Source of the DNA: Amphiscolops sp. MND2022
Lineage: Eukaryota
Assembly: GCA_964187785.1 (NCBI GenBank)
Contig: OZ076413.1
Span: forward strand, 43,152,001 to 43,216,000
Length of the DNA stretch: 64,000 bases
Direction of reading: 5' to 3'
Numbering within the stretch: the first letter of the stretch is position 1; the number at the start of each line of letters is the position of its first letter. Below the pieces are notes generated by a model, which saw only the letters and a list, made by a program, of their open reading frames with translations, did not search any database and had not been told where the DNA came from. The position numbers and the translations under genes are program-made. Shown piece by piece: positions 59,801 through 64,000 of the stretch.

Positions 59801-62800
59801 AAAAGATGGATCGAGAAAACTTCCATCATTGGAGGCAACCCGTGAACTTATGAAAAAAAATATCAGACGGCGAAACAACAGTCCGGAAGCGAAAAGGTTG
59901 GTGGAGAAAGAAACGCGCTATCTAGACCGGGTACACCAAGCCGTCGATATGACCAGCAACGCCGAAGAAAAATTTTCGCGCCACTCCAACCGAACAAAAG
60001 AAGCCGGGAAGAGATTGCCGAAATTGACGCGGAGCTCATGAGAAGAGCAAACAGGCTGGGTAGATGATACCAACCAATCCAAAAAGAGCCCGAAGATAAT
60101 CCGGAAGAAGGAGCACTCGATCAAGAACCGAAAGGTACGAAGGAAGATAGCGTAACATTGCGCGGAGACAACTTGCCAAGAGTTGACTTAAACAAGTACA
60201 ACACAATCGGAAAAGAGGCTAAATACATCTCCTGATCAACCACTTTGTGGGAAATCTGACGGCGAACACAAACATCAAGGAGGAGAACATCAAGAAAGCG
60301 GAATTTGAATTTATGTTGGATTTAAAAACGTCAATTTCAAAAACTCCAAGAGACCCGGAACTCACATTTGTCAGAAGCAGCATGCTGCGAGAAGACCGTG
60401 AAATCGCAGCAGACGAATACAAGCCTTCAATTGAGAAATTATCTATCCGATGGGGCCTTGTGTTCGTCGATGACCAGATAGTGGTACCAATCGACCTCAG
60501 AAGACGACTACTAGATATCTTGCATTTCGGCCATTTCGGAATAACGAAGATGGAAACCGAAGCCAAGATATCTTGGTGGCCGGAGAAGAAGAACGACATC
60601 GAGATAAAAGTCAAAGACCGCACAGCATGCCTCGCACCAGGTAAAAATTTAGTTTACAAATTACCGAAAAAACACTACGGAAGACTAGAAAAAATGACTA
60701 AACCCGGACAAGAGATACAAATTGATTATACCGGAAAATTACACAAAATAAATATTGACGGAAATGTAAAAATACTAATCGCCGTGAATAGGTTTAGTAA
60801 ACGACCAACAGTCAAAATTTGTAGAACTAAAAACCGAAAATAAAAGATTTGACACAATTTCTTTCAAGTAATTTCAATTTATAAGGAATACAGGAAAAAA
60901 TTAGTCCCGATAACGGGGCGCCTTTATATCAAAAGAGTACCGGAAAATTTGTAAAAGTTGGAATGTAGAAATTGATTTTTGTACACCCCGAATACATACG
61001 TGAAACGGAGTGGTAGAACGAGCAATACAAACATTGAAAAAATTGGTTTTAGCAAACATGGAATGGAATACGGAAAGAATCTAACCGAAAAAGTAAACCG
61101 AGCATTTCGAGTAATGCGATTTACCGTAGACACGGGATTAAAGAAAACACTGTTCGAATTGCATCACGGAAAGAAACCAGGAACCAAACTACCGAATATC
61201 GTTGAAGACGGTAAAACATACGGACAAAAGAAATTATTCGAAGACACAAGCCGACAATGCGTTTTCGCAATAACCGGAGGGAAATTCAGTGGATACTACC
61301 GATTGAAAAAACGGTTCCACGGTCTTGCTGATATACCCACAATATTCCGGAAGAAATTTGACCGGAGACTCGATTACAGTACATCAGCATAAATGGATGG
61401 TTCGAGGTAAACAAGATCAGGAAAGAAAAGTATTTGACATCTTGAACAAACTGGAGAAGGTGGGATACCCAGCAAGTAAAAGAAAGTCCAATTTTTTCAT
61501 GAGCCGAACAAAATGGCTGGAACATGAAATCGATGAAAACGGAATTAAACCGAACTAAGAAAAAGTGGAAGCGATACTACAACTAAAACCACTGGAAAAA
61601 AAACTGATATGATTTCTCGGGGCGATACAATACATGGCAAAAATTCTACGGAAACTTTCGGAACGGACGTCCGACTGAGAATATTACTGGACAAAAATTA
61701 TCCATGGATTTGGGAAAGTGAACAACGAAAAGATTTCGGAAAGATAAAAAAGATGTTAACCGAAGCACCATGTCCAGTACATTTCGCGAAAGACAAGTAA
61801 AACATAGTAACAATGGACGCTAGCACAATCGGACTCGGAATAACATTATGGCAGATGCAAGATGATGAAAACACAAAACCGATAGCATTCGGAAGCAAAT
61901 ATCTAAATGAAACAGGAAAGAAATATTCTATCGGTGAACTGGAATTATTAGCAGTTGTGTAGGGATTAGAAAAATTTCGATTGAATATCTACGGAAAGAA
62001 AGTTCATCTATACATGGATCATAAAGCATTTTGAACCATTGATTAAAAGGAACCGATGTAATAAACAATATAGCGCCAGATTAACACGGTTTGTTGGACC
62101 AATTAACAAATTTTGACATATCAGTACATCATATTGCTGGTAGCAACTTCAAATTCACAGACTATCTTAGCAAAAATCCGGTAGGGGGAACCACGTCGGA
62201 AGAAAATTACTATGAAGAATTCGTAATTAACATACTGACCGACCAAGCTGAATCGAATTGGAAATACGGATCATTATTCGCCGACCAATCGAAACGCACT
62301 GGGAACAATCAAAATTACGTGACAATATTACCAAGACACAAAAGGAGCAAGAAAGGAGCCAATCACAAACGAATAGAACATTGGAGAACATAAGCAACGT
62401 GAACAAAACCGAAAAGAGTGAAAAAACCACATCCGAGCAGTCCGATAATAGCACTCTAAAGTCCAGTCGCAAACCAGCAATTGCAGATAACGAAAAGATG
62501 GATCGGGAAAACTTCCATCATTGGAGGCAACCCGTGAACTTATGGAAAATATCAGACGGCGAAACAACAGTCCGGAAGCGAAAAGATTGGTGAAGCAAAG
62601 AAACGCGCTATCTAGACCGGGTACACCAAGCCGTCGATATGACCAGCAACGCCGAAGAACAATATTTGCGCCACTCCAACCGAACAAAAGAAGCCGGGAA
62701 GAGATTGCCGAAATTGACGCGGAGCTCATGAGAAGAGCAAACAGGCTGGGTAGATGATACCAACCAATCCAAAAAGAGCCCGAAGATAATCCGGAAGAAG

Positions 62801-64000
62801 GAGCACTCGATCAAGAACCGAAAGGTACGAAGGAAGATAGCGTAATATTGCGCGGAGACAACTTGCCAATAGTTGACTTAAACAAGTACAACACAATCGG
62901 AAAAGAGGCTAAATACATCTCCTGATCAACCACTTTGTGGGAAATCTGACGGCGAACACAAACATCAAGGAGGAGAACATCAAGAAAGCGGAATTTAATT
63001 TATGTTGGATTTAAAAACGTCAATTTCAAAAACTCCGAGAGACCCGGAACTCACATTTGTCAGAAGCAGCATGCTGCGAGAAGACCGTGAAATCGCAGCA
63101 GACGAATACAAGCCTTCAATTGAGAAATTATCTATCCGATGGGGCCTTGTGTTCGTCGATGACCAGATAGTGGTACCAATCGACCTCAGAAGACGACTAC
63201 TAGATATCTTGCATTTCGGCCATTTCGGAATAACGAAGATGGAAACCGAAGTCAAGATATCTTGGTGGCCGGAGAAGAAGAACGACATCGAGATAAAAGT
63301 CAAAGACCGCACAGCATGCCTCGCACCAGGTAAAAATTTAGTTTACAAATTACCAAAAAAACACTACGGAAGACTAGAAAAAATGACTAAACCCGGACAA
63401 GAGATACAAATTGATTATACCGGAAAATTACACAAAATAAATATTGACGGAAATGTAAAAATACTAATCGCTGTGAATAGGTTTAGTAAACGACCAACAG
63501 TCAAAATTTGTAAAACTAAAAACCGAAAATAAAAGATTTGACACAATTTCTTTCAAGTAATATCAATTTATAAGGAATACAGGAAAAAATTAGTCCCAAT
63601 AACGGGCCGCCTTTATATCAAAAGAATACCGGAAATTTTGTAAAAGTTGGAATGTAGAAATTGATTTTTGTACACCCCGAATACATACGTGAAACGGAGT
63701 GGTAGAACGAGCAATACAAACATTGAAAAAATTGGTTTTAGCAAACATGGAATGGAATACGGAAAGAATCTAACCGAAAGAGTAAACCGAGCATTTCGAG
63801 TAATGCGATTTACCGTAGACACGGGATTAAAGAAAACACTGTTCGAATTGCATCACGGAAAGAAACCAGGAACCAAACTACCGAATATCGTTGAAGACGG
63901 TAAATCATTTATCTGATTGGTCTGAATTTTCTATTTCAGCACCAATTAGGCTAAAAGTACCAATCTATGTGGGCCGAGATGCGGATGGCGAAATCACGAA
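56884..64000 (+). mobile_element. Decayed Ty3/Gypsy element, related to 33896-36330, running off the window end
   Basis: Putative LTR TGTT...AACA (56884-57089), PBS TGGCGCAATC at 57090, gag, PR (IIDIGSP), RT (ALDSRKLN, RPHMPN), RNase H (TMDAS) and IN (HFGHFG, QIDY) fragments with many stops and frameshifts. Confidence 0.85.
58518..63904 (+). repeat. About 2.7-kb head-to-tail duplication of the RT-RH-IN region
   Basis: Copy 1 is 58518-61215 and copy 2 is 61219-63904; junction GACGGTAAA|ACA|TACGGACAAAAG; the copies are highly similar. Confidence 0.93.

Overview
This is AT-rich eukaryotic (animal-like) genomic DNA, not prokaryotic, and it has no CRISPR. A multi-exon host gene (or two adjacent genes) runs on the + strand from about 1.46 to 54.8 kb, and its introns are packed with transposons. 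The dominant feature is a 15.8-kb, recently inserted Ty3/Gypsy LTR retrotransposon (2218-18042; about 2.16-kb LTRs, GTATT target-site duplication, tRNA-Leu-like PBS). After gag-pol it carries an intact, spliced antisense gene (15059->11132). The GT-AG introns of this gene all splice in frame to give a protein of about 1,200 aa: an acidic disordered N-terminus, a C2H2/BED-like zinc finger, and a body that aligns by eye to hAT-family transposases but lacks the catalytic residues. A further sense ORF runs across the PPT into the 3' LTR. The gag ORF starts about 114 codons inside the LTR and reads through the PBS; a solo LTR of a second family (50433-52906, AGATC TSD) shows the same layout. Also present: an 18S rRNA fragment, five Helentron/HINE-like non-autonomous elements, CCC-ended 2-bp-TSD (CACTA/EnSpm-like) elements including a nested stack, satellite-like arrays, BEL/Pao and Gypsy relics, and a 2.7-kb tandem duplication that post-dates the decay of its element. 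All protein-family calls are by-eye motif comparisons, not database searches.
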